A DNA stretch of 63,967 bases, counting the filler, from Octopus bimaculoides (taxonomy: Eukaryota): assembly GCF_001194135.2 (NCBI RefSeq). It is 6 parts of 6 records of this genome, joined end to end, with 100 filler letters (N's around TTAATTAATTAA, not from the genome) between each part and the next. Parts side by side here need not be neighbours in the genome. Positions count along the whole stretch, not along the records: positions 1 to 28,987 come from NC_068983.1; positions 29,088 to 39,731 come from NC_069004.1; 4 more parts are not named here. One strand, 5' to 3'. The translations under genes were made by a program, and so were the position numbers. Under the pieces are notes generated by a model. The model saw only the letters and a program-made list of their open reading frames with translations, searched no databases and was not told the origin of the DNA. Positions 26,619 to 39,731 of the stretch are shown in pieces; the stretch's first letter is position 1; each line of letters begins with the position of its first letter.

Positions 26619-27146
26619 TATATCATGCAAATGGCACCTGTGCCAGTGGAATGTAAAAGTACCCTCTACATTCTCAGGGTGGTTGGCATTCGGAAGGGCA
26701 TCCAGCAGTAGAAAACCATGCCAAATCAAACTGAAGTCTGGTGCAGCTTTCCAGTGTGCCAACCTGGTCAAACTATCTAACCCATGCCAGCTTGGACAAC
26801 AGACGTTAAATTATGATGATGATATATATATCTATATATATACAGCGAGGGGAAATAAATATTCGTACATGTCAAAATTCTTNNNNNNNNNNNNNNNNNN
26901 NNNNNNNNNNNNNNNNNNNNNNNNNNNNNNNNNNNNNNNNNNNNNNNNNNNNNNNNNNNNNNNNNNNNNNNNNNNNNNNNNNAGAGCCAACTTAACCGTA
27001 AGACATTTTAACCGAATGTGACAACTGCGGGTCGAGAAGATCGTATCCGTAAAAAATTTATTTCAAGAGAGCAGAAATTTGAAAGAAGATAAAGCAAAAA
27101 GAACAGAGAAAGAAAGTGAAAAATGTATGTATATCTATATGAAATG

Positions 27147-27210
<64 letters not shown>

Positions 27211-27506
27211 CTTGTGCATGTGTATGTGGGGTGAGAAAGAGAAATAGATAGAGTGAGTGAGTGAAAGTGTGTGTCGTGATGATTGACGGCTTTTAAGGTA
27301 CACACATATAGAAAATGTGACGTAATAGTATAAAATTTTTACGATAGTTGATTTATGGAAAAGATTATGTTAAACCTTTGAAATGTAAATATGTGAAAGC
27401 AAATTAAGTTGAATTTGTAGCCAAAATAGTACTGAATCTTTTGATACCCCATACATCAACATCTGTAACTCAGTTTTGGAAAGCATAAGGAATATATAAT
27501 ATCAAT

Positions 27507-27940
27507 TGTTACGTTCAGACAAATTAATAATGTAAGAAAAAGGAGTAAACTTCTGATCGCAACAACAAAGTGTTCAAACAGGGAAGTATATGTTCATATA
27601 TGGAGATTATGTCCAGTCTCAATGGTTTCAAGGTAGGTGGTGAACGGTCCGATCCGTATGCAACTCCGTCTCGTTCTGGTTCTATCCGCGCCAAGCTCCC
27701 GCTGTCTTCCCCACTCCCCTTTTAACAGGAAGTACGAGATTACCTGCCTTGCTCGTTAACAGGAAGTGAACGAGGTTACCTGTCTTGTACTATGCTAACT
27801 TCCTGTATATATATATTTGGTTATCCATACCAACGTTATTTCATTTCTGCCAAACGGTCGTTGACAAACGTTTATCTCGTCACCTTCGGAAAATATAGGG
27901 TAAGTTCTCACCCTTCATTATATTATAGGTATACGTAACA
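27507..27940 (-). mobile_element. 3' LTR (434 bp) of a Ty3/gypsy-group retrotransposon
   Basis: Termini TGTTACGT...ACGTAACA (8-bp inverted repeat, TG..CA). The polypurine tract AAGGAGGGAGAA abuts it on the minus strand (27941-27952). Confidence 0.85.
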
Positions 27941-28013
27941 TTCTCCCTCCTTAAAGGAAGAAAGTTGAACGCAGTGCATAAGGGATACTAATACATGTAA
28001 GATCCTGTCACAA

Positions 28014-28158
28014 CTAGCCGGCACGAGATAGAGCATCCGCAATGACATTGTCTTTACCTTTAATGTGCTGAAAATTGAGATCAAATTCTTGCAAAGATAA
28101 ACTCCATCTCATTAATCTCTGATTTTTGTTCTTCATCTTGTGCAGAAAAGTCAGCGAG
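28014..28158 (-). mobile_element. RNase H C-terminus ending pol, about 60 bp before the PPT (Gmr1-like domain order)
   Basis: LTFLHKMKNKNQRLMRWSLSLQEFDLNFQHIKGKDNVIADALSRAG-stop, the Ty3/gypsy RNase H end motif. Confidence 0.85.
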
Positions 28159-29031
28159 AAGAAAGAAGAGAGACAGCATGGCGACGGTGCTGGCTGACTG
28201 CCATCCTGTACTCCCGAAATGGTATATGCCGGTTGTGTGAGCAACTGGTTGCTTTAATGGCGGAACAAACAGGACATTAAAAATTACAGAAATAGCTATT
28301 CTCACTTTGAAGCTAATGATTTTGAAAATCTTTTTAGATTACAGAATGCCCAGCTCTCTCATGTATCCATGTTTAAAATTTCAGCGTGATCGGATGAACA
28401 ATACTCGAGTTATACAGACAGACAGACGGAACAGATTTTATATATATTAAGATATATAATAACGATAGTAATAAAAAGTGACAACAGAAGAATGAGACCT
28501 CTATATACTATGTATATAGAGGATCATTTATATATGTATGATTTAGGACAAACAAACAGTAAGTTGACATTATAGTACTCGGAGTTTCAAATGTTGGAGC
28601 GAAGAGCTACGATACATTCTTGTCGGCTATTAATGGCAATAGACGCTATGAAAAACCATTGAATAAAAGGGATATTACACTAATACGTAGAAAAACAGAA
28701 AAAAGCAAGAAGATAAAAAATACACGCAACCATATTCTCACAATACATAGACATAAAAACCTCCTGCATTCATAATGTCTGCATACGTACACACTCACAC
28801 AAACATGTATATGTACATGCACATACACACACAACCATATATCTGCATGTACGTACTCATACATACACACATATCCACACACACATGTATATATATATAT
28901 ATGTGCACACAACTTCATATACACATAGCTGTCTGCATGCATACATATATATTTAGACATTTATATATATATATATATATATATATANNNNNNNNNNNNN
29001 NNNNNNNNNNNNNNNNNNNNNNNNNNNNNNN

Positions 29032-29043
29032 TTAATTAATTAA
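29032..29043. other. Artificial gap filler TTAATTAATTAA inside 100-bp gaps (also 39776, 46321, 59576, 62904)
   Basis: The identical 12-mer is centred between 44 N and 44 N five times and gives stop codons in all six frames. It is an assembly marker, not genomic DNA. Confidence 0.92.
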
Positions 29044-29152
29044 NNNNNNNNNNNNNNNNNNNNNNNNNNNNNNNNNNNNNNNNNNNNTGGACTTGGTCCA
29101 AGTTCAAGGAGACTATAATAAATAATTTAATAACCATCTTATCGTTAGTAGG

Positions 29153-29188
<36 letters not shown>

Positions 29189-31802
29189 ATCATGTTTTCC
29201 TGGATTGGCCACAAGATCTCGGGTAATTTTGACTAGTCCTAGATCAATTTAATCCAGCGAATTCCGACTCTGACCATTTTGTCTTGGGCTTGGATATCTA
29301 GGACTACGATGCTCCAAACTACATTTTGTTAAGAATGATACAGGTGATTTGTAGGCGATTTTACTGCTATTTTTAACATGTCTATGCACAGGTTTTCTCA
29401 ATGGTTCGAAGATGAATAGCATGAGTGATGAGGTTAATTACATCGACTCTTCCTCCAATATTTCATTTGTAGTTAATTACACTGATTTGTTGAATAAGAA
29501 ATTGCTTAATTAAGAAACGAAGTAGTTTCTTTGGCTTTAAATCTGTTTTCCATAATGAAAATCATCAATAACTGTTGCTTATGAAGTGAAGGCGCTTGGT
29601 CTAACGATTAAGGTATTGCATTCGTGATCCTAAGATCACTGTTTCCATTTCCTGACCAGGCGATTCATTGTGTTCTTGAGTAAAAAAAAAATAAAAAAAT
29701 TATCATTTCACGTTTCTCCGTCCACTTAACTGCAAATGAGCCTCAGCACTAGCTAACCATGCTACGGACCTGCGTCCTTCTCATTGGGTTGCAGTGCTGT
29801 GATCTCAGTCACTCATACGACATGAAAATCGCGTTAAGCTTTGAGTCGAAGAACTCAAGACTCTCCTAATTCTTCGGCGAACTCTAAATTGTTTTCGAAG
29901 ATTTTTATTTCCCTTTTTTTACAAATACATTTTTGATTTTTTTATCTTTTACTTGTATCTGTTATTAGACTGCAGCCATGCTGGGGCACCACCTTTAAGT
30001 ATTCTTAGGCCTGACATTTATTCTATCGGTTTCTTTTTGTCGAACCGTTAAGTCACGGGGATGTAAACAAACCAACATCGGTTGTCAAGTGCTGGTGGGG
30101 GCAAACACAAACACAGACAGACAGGCACACACACACACGCATATACATTCACATACACATGTAATTTTAATCGTGTGTCTGTTAAAGATTTTTATTGTAT
30201 CTATTGGTTCTGGGAAAGTGGATGTCTACTAAATGCAAGTATTTTCCACTTCCTTTTGTCCCAACACGAAAGGAGAAGGGGGAAGAAGCGAACCATGTAA
30301 CTTACCGGGACCAAGGTGACCTGCAGTGCGAATCTTTCTGATTTTTATTTATTGTATTTCCCAGTGTGTGTTTATAATAACACTGTTGTTTAATTTCTGT
30401 TCGTCCTTGATCGATTAGATCTTTGATGAAAGACATTCCAACCACAACCGTCACTACATTTTCTGGCGAAGAGTACATTAGGCAACAGTATCTATTATAT
30501 TCCCACTGTGACCGCAGGGTATAATTTCACAGCTATTTCTAGCAGTTTAGCTTACCACATAGAAGCTCCTAGTCTCGTGATATTACCATTATGACGGCAG
30601 GATATAATTTCACTGCTATTTTTAGCAGATTGACCTACCACATAGAAGTTCCCTCATAATCTCACATAATCTCGTGATATTTCACATTTCTCAACGGTAT
30701 CTTCCTTATATTTTTTCTTTTTCTAGACTTTATTTCGAAAGCTTTCAAAAGTAGACTTTACCAAATAACTGTGTTTTTATTTTATTGCCTTCTGATAATT
30801 GTTCTTCACGATGAATTTATTGTTTAGAGGAAAGCACTTATTATAATTGGAAAATTCTTTTGAGGAAACCTTTAACTAAAGCAACAAGATTACGTAGGTG
30901 TACTGGTAAAATGTTATACGAATTCTATCATTTTATGTTTCCACTTTTACGACGTTTGGTTCTAAAATAACATTTATTTCCAACCTATTTTATTTAAAAG
31001 AAAAAAAAGAAGCACTTTTATAATGCTTTTATACGTGTGTTTTTTTACAGAATATTTTCTTTTCAAATGGTTTTACAGTATATTTTCTCCAAGTTATTTT
31101 TATTTTTCTCTGATTCAATCCATTAGATCGTTTTTTTTTTCGTGTTTAGTCAACGGGAGAGAATTAATGCCCGTAACTGATTTAAGGATGTCCGAGATTA
31201 GTGGGAAGAAATCGTCCTGCGATCAGATACATGACCTGAATGCGTTCAACTCAGTAGATCCTGCAAAAGCTAGCTCACATCCCTTGATCCATGAAACTAG
31301 TGGTATCAAGCACGTTTGGTTTTGCGGGATGGGTTGAAGCATATACTAGATCTAACGAATTGTATCGAAGCATTTGTTATTAAAAGATCCTATTTATGAT
31401 GTTGGCCCAAGTAAATGAATCAAGAAGTAAAAAATATGAGGTGCATTTTAAAAAAATATTCTGCCTCAAGCAAGGTTTGAAGACACTGTATCGTAATGGA
31501 CTATAAAAAATGAATAGAAGGTGCCAACAAAGTTAAAAGCTATCGATTGACAGAAAGCTTAAAGGAATGAATATCTTGGATAGATCAGTGGTAAACTAGG
31601 GGATGGTTGTAAGTTCTACAGAGCAGAAGTTTGAGGAACGAAGCTATGAAAATAAAAAGAATTATGACCAACAGGAAGCTCACCAGAGAAAAAAAGAAAT
31701 AAAAAAAAACACGATGTGCCTGAAAAGAAAAGGTCTTTATCAGAGGATACTAAACTTGAAAGTTCATCAGAGCAGTGTCCATAAAAATACTGATAGAAAA
31801 GA

Positions 31803-32020
31803 AAAGCGGCGAGATGGCAGAAGCGTTAGCACGCTGGGCGAAATGCTTAGCGGTATTTCGTCTGTCTTTACGTCCTGAGTTCAAATTCCGCTGAGGTCGA
31901 ATTTGCCTTTCATCCTTTCGGGGTCAATAAATTAAATATCAGTTGCGTACGGGGGTCGATTTAATCGCCCGTCCCCCTCCCCCAAAATTTCGGGCCTTGT
32001 GCCTAGAGTAGAAAGGAATA
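31803..32020 (+). mobile_element. tRNA-derived SINE (head ggcggcgagctggcagaa), tail type B
   Basis: A-box-like TGGCAGAAGCGTTAGC, B-box GTTCAAATTCC, tail ccccaaaatttcgggccttgtgcctagagtagaaag. Family copies also at 33905-34075 (-), 53915-54150 (+), 55808-56040 (+), 61050-61265 (+). Confidence 0.8.
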
Positions 32021-34076
32021 TCAGTACTACTTTGCATTTCTTCGATGAATGTTTCTGCCCGAAACGTTAAAATTCTTCCTCACAATAATATATTTTTTCT
32101 ATATTTTGTGGTCATTTTGTATAACTATTTGCCAACTAATCTAATCGACTGACTCTCTCCCCCAAAATTTCGGGCCTTGTGTCTACAGTAGAAAAGACAC
32201 AACGATGACACATTTCAACGATATAAGGTTTTAGCAAAATGTGAACAGAAGTATACGGGTAAAACTCATCCATATGCTATATGTAAATTACTATTAAATA
32301 AAAGTCATCTGAGTGAGAACGGAGAAAAAAATTGTCGGAATGAATGCAGACAACTCTTGAGAAGTCCAATGTTTGATAGAAAGATTATAGTATTTTAGCT
32401 GCAATGTTTTCAATATCGTTCATATCACTAGAATACATTCAAACTCGATTTGGGTACGAAAAAGCAACTTCCGTTTGAGTTGGCATGTATATATAAAATG
32501 ACGGGAAAATATGTTTCAATATAGAGTATATGGAGTCATAATTTCTTTTAGATTGGTTGACAACACAGCTTGTTCTCTTAGGTAAACTAATGTGCCCAAT
32601 CGGTATTAATCACGACTCTAGCTGAGCTTTGACTCTGAACGTATGCTAGTCGTAAAATACAGAATATTTTAAAATTAAAAGAAAAATAGTTGCCCTCTTG
32701 CGGCACTAGACATTATTGCAGGCCGTATATTTGACACTGTTAAGTTAAACCGGTCAACGAATTCAGTGTACCAGTCAAAAACAAAAAAGGTCGGTGACAG
32801 TTCTCTTACAAAATTTCACTCAAAAGTAAGGTCGACCCGGGGGTATAATAGAATACACTTGACTTTAGTGTCGCAAAGTAGGCTCGAACGCGAAACGACG
32901 TGGTTCTGAAGAAAGGATTTCTTAATGACAGCGCCATTACGTTGTTCAATGTAAAATTATGATAGATTTTGGTATGACGTTCAATTCTGTTTGGACTTTA
33001 TTTGAATTTAATTGATTTTTCTTGTTATTGTTGTTTTGTATCAGTTCAGGTCTGTCTGAGCAGATTTCTAGCCGTAACAATACCGATTCTATGTTAGAAG
33101 TAGTGTTTGTAGGATTACGATGCTCAAAGTTTTCACCCTCAATTCTATCTTTTCTTTTTGTTAAGAAAAAAAAAAAAAGAAAGAAAAAGAAAAGGACAGT
33201 TCGGTGTGATTTGAGAGGGATTTGGTTATCATTTTGAGCAGATCGAATTACCGCATAGAGACTCGTTCCGTTCACGTAAGGCCGTGTGATATATTTATTT
33301 ACGAAGCAATGGAAAGAAACTAACCTACGTAACAAGCAGATTCGCTCACTTTGTGAAGACAAAATGTGCTTAATAGAAAACATTTATAAAAGAGCAACAA
33401 AAGCAATACACAAGAATAAAATGCGATACATTTATGCAATAAGACGACCACCTTTGCGCTGGCTGTACTATCGTTTGTACGGCTTGTGCATAAACACATT
33501 GAATGGCCTTAAAAAGATATAAAGAACTATGAAGAGAATAGGCTGATTATTTTTCAGATCTATTGAATAAAAGAAAACTCAGAAGGCCAGCTTCCAAACA
33601 ATATATTGCCAGCTGTGGAATATGTGAACATTACCAGGACAATTTTATTTCTAAAGATATTTTAGCAGCTTGAAGTCTATGGAGAGAAAAATAAACGTAT
33701 ATGAGCAAATCCACCTGCAGATGTTGTAATAGCAGTAAAGCATCTATGTTGCGGCGGAGCTTCTTCTACAAGGTCAGTTGATCTGCTACAAGAAATAGGA
33801 GCCAAATATTCCTGAAATCAGCCATTTTCTAAATCTTTCTTGAACCCTATAATATAAGAGATTGAGATCACAGCATAACACATGAACAGGTTTTATGTTG
33901 CAGAGTTGAAGGCCAAGTATTTTTGAGGGGGAGGAGACAAGTCGACCCAGGTACTTGGCTTGTACCTAATTTATCGACCCTCAAAAGGATGAAAGGCAAA
34001 GTCGACCTCGGTGGAATTTGAACTCAGAACGTAGCGACGGGCGAAATACATTAAGCATTTCATCCAGCGTGCTACC

Positions 34077-34146
<70 letters not shown>

Positions 34147-34629
34147 ATGCCCTGACACAATACCAAGCAGAGGCTCCCATGGTTTCTGGTTTTGTCTTGG
34201 AAAGAAAATGGGCAACAGCAAATATTCTGCTCAGTACCACATATTTATTTGTCAGTTGTTTGACCTTAACCAGTCGAGGCATGTCCCTCAGTAGCTGACG
34301 ATATGTGCATCTCTGCCATGTGTTGTGAGAGATTCTCAGGGGTTTGAATAATTCACCCCTGAAAACATGGGTGTTTCGTTCAACATCCTGAAACAACCCT
34401 TATTCAGGGACCTTTTGAAGAAAATCTTAACCGGGCCCACCGGCAAGGTCATGCGTTATGTATCTTGATATGAGATCACCATATCGCGTACATATGGTTG
34501 TGATGCATGTGCCTGGTGAACCCTTATCAGCCGGGTAGTCATGATGGGTGTATTAGGCTTCGTATATTTGTACTCCAGTGTCACTTAGATGACATGCGCT
34601 ACTCTCTCACTCAATAATAATAATAATAA

Positions 34630-35221
34630 TAGATGCAAATAGGCGAGACGTTATATTGAAAGATTTCAAACAAAAATCATGTCTCCTCGTCGATATGACT
34701 ATCTCAATCGACATAAATGTACCTGTCAAGACCCACCAAAAACTGAGCAAGTATAAATACCTTGGAATAGAAATTGGCAAAATGTGGAACCTCAAGACAA
34801 AAACTTACTTGTTGTCATAAGTGCCTTAGGAATAATTGCAAAGGGGGTTGATTGCTACATATCTCAAACACCAGGAAATTTTAAAATGGAAGAAATTCAA
34901 AAAATAGTCCTATAAGAACTGCTAATACCCAAGAAAAATATTGTCTGTGTAATCCCCCAAACATTTTAATCTGCAAACATTGTCAAAAGTATTTTTGAAT
35001 GTACATAATAGCAAACACCTTTCACTGTCATCTTAAAATCACAATATCATCGTATAATCAAATTACTTTTAAAACAAACTTCTAATTTTCTTGTTTTGAC
35101 AGACACCCTAATCATAACTCCAACTTGAACTTCTAACTTGTTGCCTCTTGAGGTCTCTGGATGAGTCTTGGAGTCAACTTGTACAAATACAAAGAAAAGA
35201 CCAAACACATAATAATAATAA
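34630..35221 (+). mobile_element. 3' end of a restriction-like-endonuclease non-LTR retrotransposon (R4/Dong-like), flanked by (TAA)n
   Basis: IDANRRDVILKDFKQKSCLLVDMTISIDINV...KLSKYKYLGIEIGKMWNLKTKT..VVISALG (RPDIV..D..K.KY motif), then a 3' UTR ending taataataataa. Confidence 0.8.
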
Positions 35222-36404
35222 AGACATATCTTCGTGAGGCCTTATCTAAAATGATTTTTTATTTTGAATTGTGTTTCACAGAATTACGCAGGTAAAACGG
35301 TGACAATTCGACTATTTGCCGAAAGTTTGTAGTTGTTTAACAGCTTTGACTGATCAGAAGTCTACTCAAGGATGTTCTAGCTGTGTCTGCTTTCAGAGAT
35401 ACGTTGTCCTAATGTTTTAAAGATGGTAGACGGGGTTTTCTGGGAGATTTGACTGATATTTTTAACAAGTCGATTGACTACATACAGATCCCACTTTGGG
35501 CTTTTTAGAAGTTTGATCCGAATGATGATATTTCAGGTCGGGCACACGCTTGTCATAACTGTTGATCAGCATAAAAAGAACAGATAACTCAATCCGTGAA
35601 TCAATACCAGTTCCTCTTTTGCTCCCGACTACTTTGGGCAGCAAAATCGACGCCTCTATTTTCTGCTGGTTGCGCTTTTTACTGCTTCCGGTCATATGAT
35701 ATTAACCTTTCTCGCTTCAGTTATGAATATTCTGCGCCATGTAGGATTCGATCTTTCTCTATCATTTTTTTTCTTGATTAGATTAACCCTGAGAATATGA
35801 CATTGTATTAGTCACATGTGCTCACGTACCCACACAAAGCCTACGACAGTGCCTCTACACGACCATTTAACCTGCTAGAAATAGATGGCAGATCTTCTTC
35901 AAATCATGCCCGTATGTCTTCAAAAAAGGCAATGTATTGGTTAATGCGATTCTAGCAATACACGCTGTCTTTTGATCATATGTCTGTAAGATCAAAGCTG
36001 ACCAGGAACTAAAGCAACAATAACAACTTTGAGCAGACAACAAAGCAACATTTTGGCAATACATATTGACAATAGTAAAAGCAGTTTTTATTGATTGCCA
36101 CAATTCAACTGATCAGGAGTAATACATAAATATTCATTATCTCATGTATGTATGTATGATTGCATGTATATATGTATGTGTATATGTATGTATGTACGTA
36201 CCTATGTATGTATGTATGTGTATATGTATGCATGTACGTACCTATGTATGTATGTATGTATGTGCGTGTGTATGTATGTGTGTGTGTGTGTGTGTCTGTA
36301 CTATTATCTATCTATTTGTCTACCGACATTTGTGTATATATATGTAAATACTAGTTTGTGTATGGTATGTGCTTGTATGTGAATGTATGCTTTCTATACA
36401 TGTG

Positions 36405-36468
<64 letters not shown>

Positions 36469-37176
36469 GTGTGTATATTTACAAGTATATATATATGTAT
36501 ATACAGATATGTGTGTGCATGTGTTATGTATTTGTGTATATGTAGTGCGTATGTGGTGTGTGTGTGTGTATGTGTATATGTGCTTTTGAATGCATGTGTA
36601 ATATATATGTACTTATACATGTGTGCATGTGTACGTGTAGTACATTACTTGTGGTTTCACACCCACACTCACACACTCATATATACTATGTAGGAAAGAG
36701 GTTTTGGAAAATAAAATATTTTGTATGCTTCGGGAATGCGTGGTAGACACAGATAGTTGTAGGTTTGGCAAAATATATTATTCGCTATTAGATTTTGAAG
36801 CTCGGCTCCTGTTATTCAATTTAAATTTAAATAAAAAGTGACAAAGTTGTGTGAGAGATTCTGGGTTGAATGCAAAAAGTGTACATTTGTTGGTAACACC
36901 TTTATTTAAAATTATTTGAAGTTAATCTGATGTATGGTTTAAAATGTGTACTGATTTCAAAAGAAACGCAGTAAATACGTCCTTTAGAAGTCTATAGCTC
37001 AGATTTTTATTTATGATCAAAAACTTTTTCTTTAAACAGTGTCGATTGTCAAGAAAGTTTAATCTGTATAACGCATCAAAGGAGCCGGATGTCGTTGCTT
37101 TTTAAACATTTGTTAAAAGTATCAAGTAAAAGTAGTAGAAGTATTATTTTGGAACATTGTATCAACAGCAACGCAG

Positions 37177-37227
<51 letters not shown>

Positions 37228-38194
37228 TAATAACAGACGATGGATAATTGTCAGTTTGTTACAGCTGTTTCTTATGCCATTTTTTCAATAGAAGAATGAG
37301 AACATTACCCCATTACAAAAAAAAAACCCACCAAAAACAAAACCGCAATCAATCAATTTTACAAGCAAAAAATATCCCAAGAATATAGCAGAGATATGGC
37401 TGAAGTCTGTCGAGGTCAACGTTAAAAAGACTTTCATATGAAAATCTTTCCATATGTATATGCCAGACCACATGGCATATATATATATATATATATATAT
37501 ATACATGCATACACACACACATAAAAACACACATATATATTTATGTATATGTATATACATATGTACACAGACAGACACATATACATGACGCAATACGTAA
37601 CAGGAGGGATTTTTCATAAACTATTCCAATATGTCATCTTGCGCGCGTTTCATTAACAATAGGAAACCCCAGTTATGTAAGGGAAACCGTATTAGCAGAT
37701 TTCATTGTCAAATTTACAGAGATTGTATAACTTTCCTTTGTAAATTTTAGTATATATATATATATATAGTATTTATAATAGACTAAATATTTTACGACCA
37801 AACTCTCCTCTTTTGTTTTGCTTTCTAAATGTATTCTGTGATCGTTCAAATTGTATAGTCAGACCAAATAAACTTGGACTCGTTGTTTTCCTTTTGAATT
37901 TACAGGAATATATATTGAGTTCTAAATATCGGTTATTTGTCACGTTGTGCGATAAATAATCAATTTCATATTTTTGTTGCCGGACGTAGCAGATCATCGG
38001 CCTCATTTATTTTCCAGCGAAATGAATGTATCGACAGTTATGTTTTCCTTAAGACGTTGTAAATCTTAATCTCCCGTCTTTTGCTTGTTTCAGTCATTAG
38101 ACTGCGGCCATGCCGAGGTACGCCCTTAAAGAAATTTTAGTCGAACAAATCGACCCCAATATTTATTTATGTTTTCTAAGCCTAGTACTTAAAA

Positions 38195-38354
38195 GTAAGA
38201 TTACTACAGTAAGATTACTACAGCAGGTATACGACCTTTCTGTTGAGAATTGGCCAAAAAGGAGTTGTTTCGGGATTCTGATATCACTCATACGTGAGAG
38301 ATGAACTGACCATCTAAGCTGTATTTTGACCTGATATGTTGCCTTTTGTAAGTA
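38195..38354 (-). mobile_element. RTE/BovB-like LINE C-terminal fragment
   Basis: QLRWSVHLSRMSDIRIPKQLLFGQ, matching the RTE LRWxGHxxRMxDxRIPKQLLxG motif. Confidence 0.75.
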
Positions 38355-39129
38355 NNNNNNNNNNNNNNNNNNNNNNNNNNNNNNNNNNNNNNNNNNNNNN
38401 NNNNNNNNNNNNNNNNNNNNNNNNNNNNNNNNNNNNNNNNNNNNNNNNNNNNNNNNNNNNNNNNNNNNNNNNNNNNNNNNNNNNNNNNNNNNNNNNNNNN
38501 NNNNNNNNNNNNNNNNNNNNNNNNNNNNNNNNNNNNNNNNNNNNNNNNNNNNNNNNNNNNNNNNNNNNNNNNNNNNNNNNNNNNNNNNNNNNNNNNNNNN
38601 NNNNNNNNNNNNNNNNNNNNNNNNNNNNNNNNNNNNNNNNNNNNNNNNNNNNNNNNNNNNNNNNNNNNNNNNNNNNNNNNNNNNNNNNNNNNNNNNNNNN
38701 NNNNNNNNNNNNNNNNNNNNNNNNNNNNNNNNNNNNNNNNNNNNNNNNNNNNNNNNNNNNNNNNNNNNNNNNNNNNNNNNNNNNNNNNNNNNNNNNNNNN
38801 NNNNNNNNNNNNNNNNNNNNNNNNNNNNNNNNNNNNNNNNNNNNNNNNNNNNNNNNNNNNNNNNNNNNNNNNNNNNNNNNNNNNNNNNNNNNNNNNNNNN
38901 NNNNNNNNNNNNNNNNNNNNNNNNNNNNNNNNNNNNNNNNNNNNNNNNNNNNNNNNNNNNNNNNNNNNNNNNNNNNNNNNNNNNNNNNNNNNNNNNNNNN
39001 NNNNNNNNNNNTATATATATATCTTTTCTGCTTTTAATAATTTGAATCGTTCGTCTGAAGAAGGAGATGGTTTCTAACAAAGATACAAAGCTTCGTCGTT
39101 GGAATGGAGACAGCAAAAACAAAGCTGCA

Positions 39130-39335
39130 CTTTAAGCTTAAGAAAAGTCTTGCATAATTTTGCTGACCCACTTACAGACAACATTTGTAATGTGCCAGTC
39201 AGCTGGCTGATTTCTTTTCCAGAAAATACTAGTTTATCTAGATTGTCACTTACAAAACCAAGTGCAACAATTATTATTGGTATAAATGTGAATTTGCTAT
39301 CTAGATACAGGAGCTGGAGGTTTCGAAGCTGTTCT
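39130..39335 (-). mobile_element. Restriction-like-endonuclease LINE C-terminal fragment
   Basis: EQLRNLQLLYLDSKFTFIPIIIVALGFVSDNL...LQMLSVSGSAKLCKTFLK, a paralogue of 41270-41520. Confidence 0.7.
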
Positions 39336-39643
39336 ATAAGTATATTTATGCAAGCATTTATGCATGCATCTATATTTTTTATTTATATGTATATGTGTAT
39401 ACAATTGAAGATATACATTTGCAGATGACACTTCGTCAGTGACTTCAGTGCTAGGAAAACATCTGCGCTCCATTTATTGCTATACGTTGCTTCATATTAA
39501 TTATTCTGTTTAGCATTACACGTATAGACACGCAACAGATTTTATGTGACACACGCATCCCAAAACATATATGCATATATGATATACATAATCATATAGA
39601 TATGCGTGGATATGTGTATATCAACATATGCATACACACACAT

Positions 39644-39676
<33 letters not shown>

Positions 39677-39697
39677 CACACATATATATATATATAA

Positions 39698-39731
<34 letters not shown>

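Noticed and set aside
29032-29043. Recurrent TTAATTAATTAA resembling a conserved motif, PacI site or spacer array
   Set aside because: It is always centred in 44N+44N gaps, so it is an assembly filler.
32035-32075. Hammerhead-like ttcGATGA...ccGAAACGTTaaaa
   Set aside because: The CUGA core is broken and there is no convincing stem II. At best a decayed Penelope end.
35886-35945. ATG GCA GAT CTT CTT CAA (MADLLQ) resembling the tektin-2 start MATL.Q
   Set aside because: It stops after 19 codons and no frame contains the tektin PDW..SN or RQE.R.LRNET motifs.
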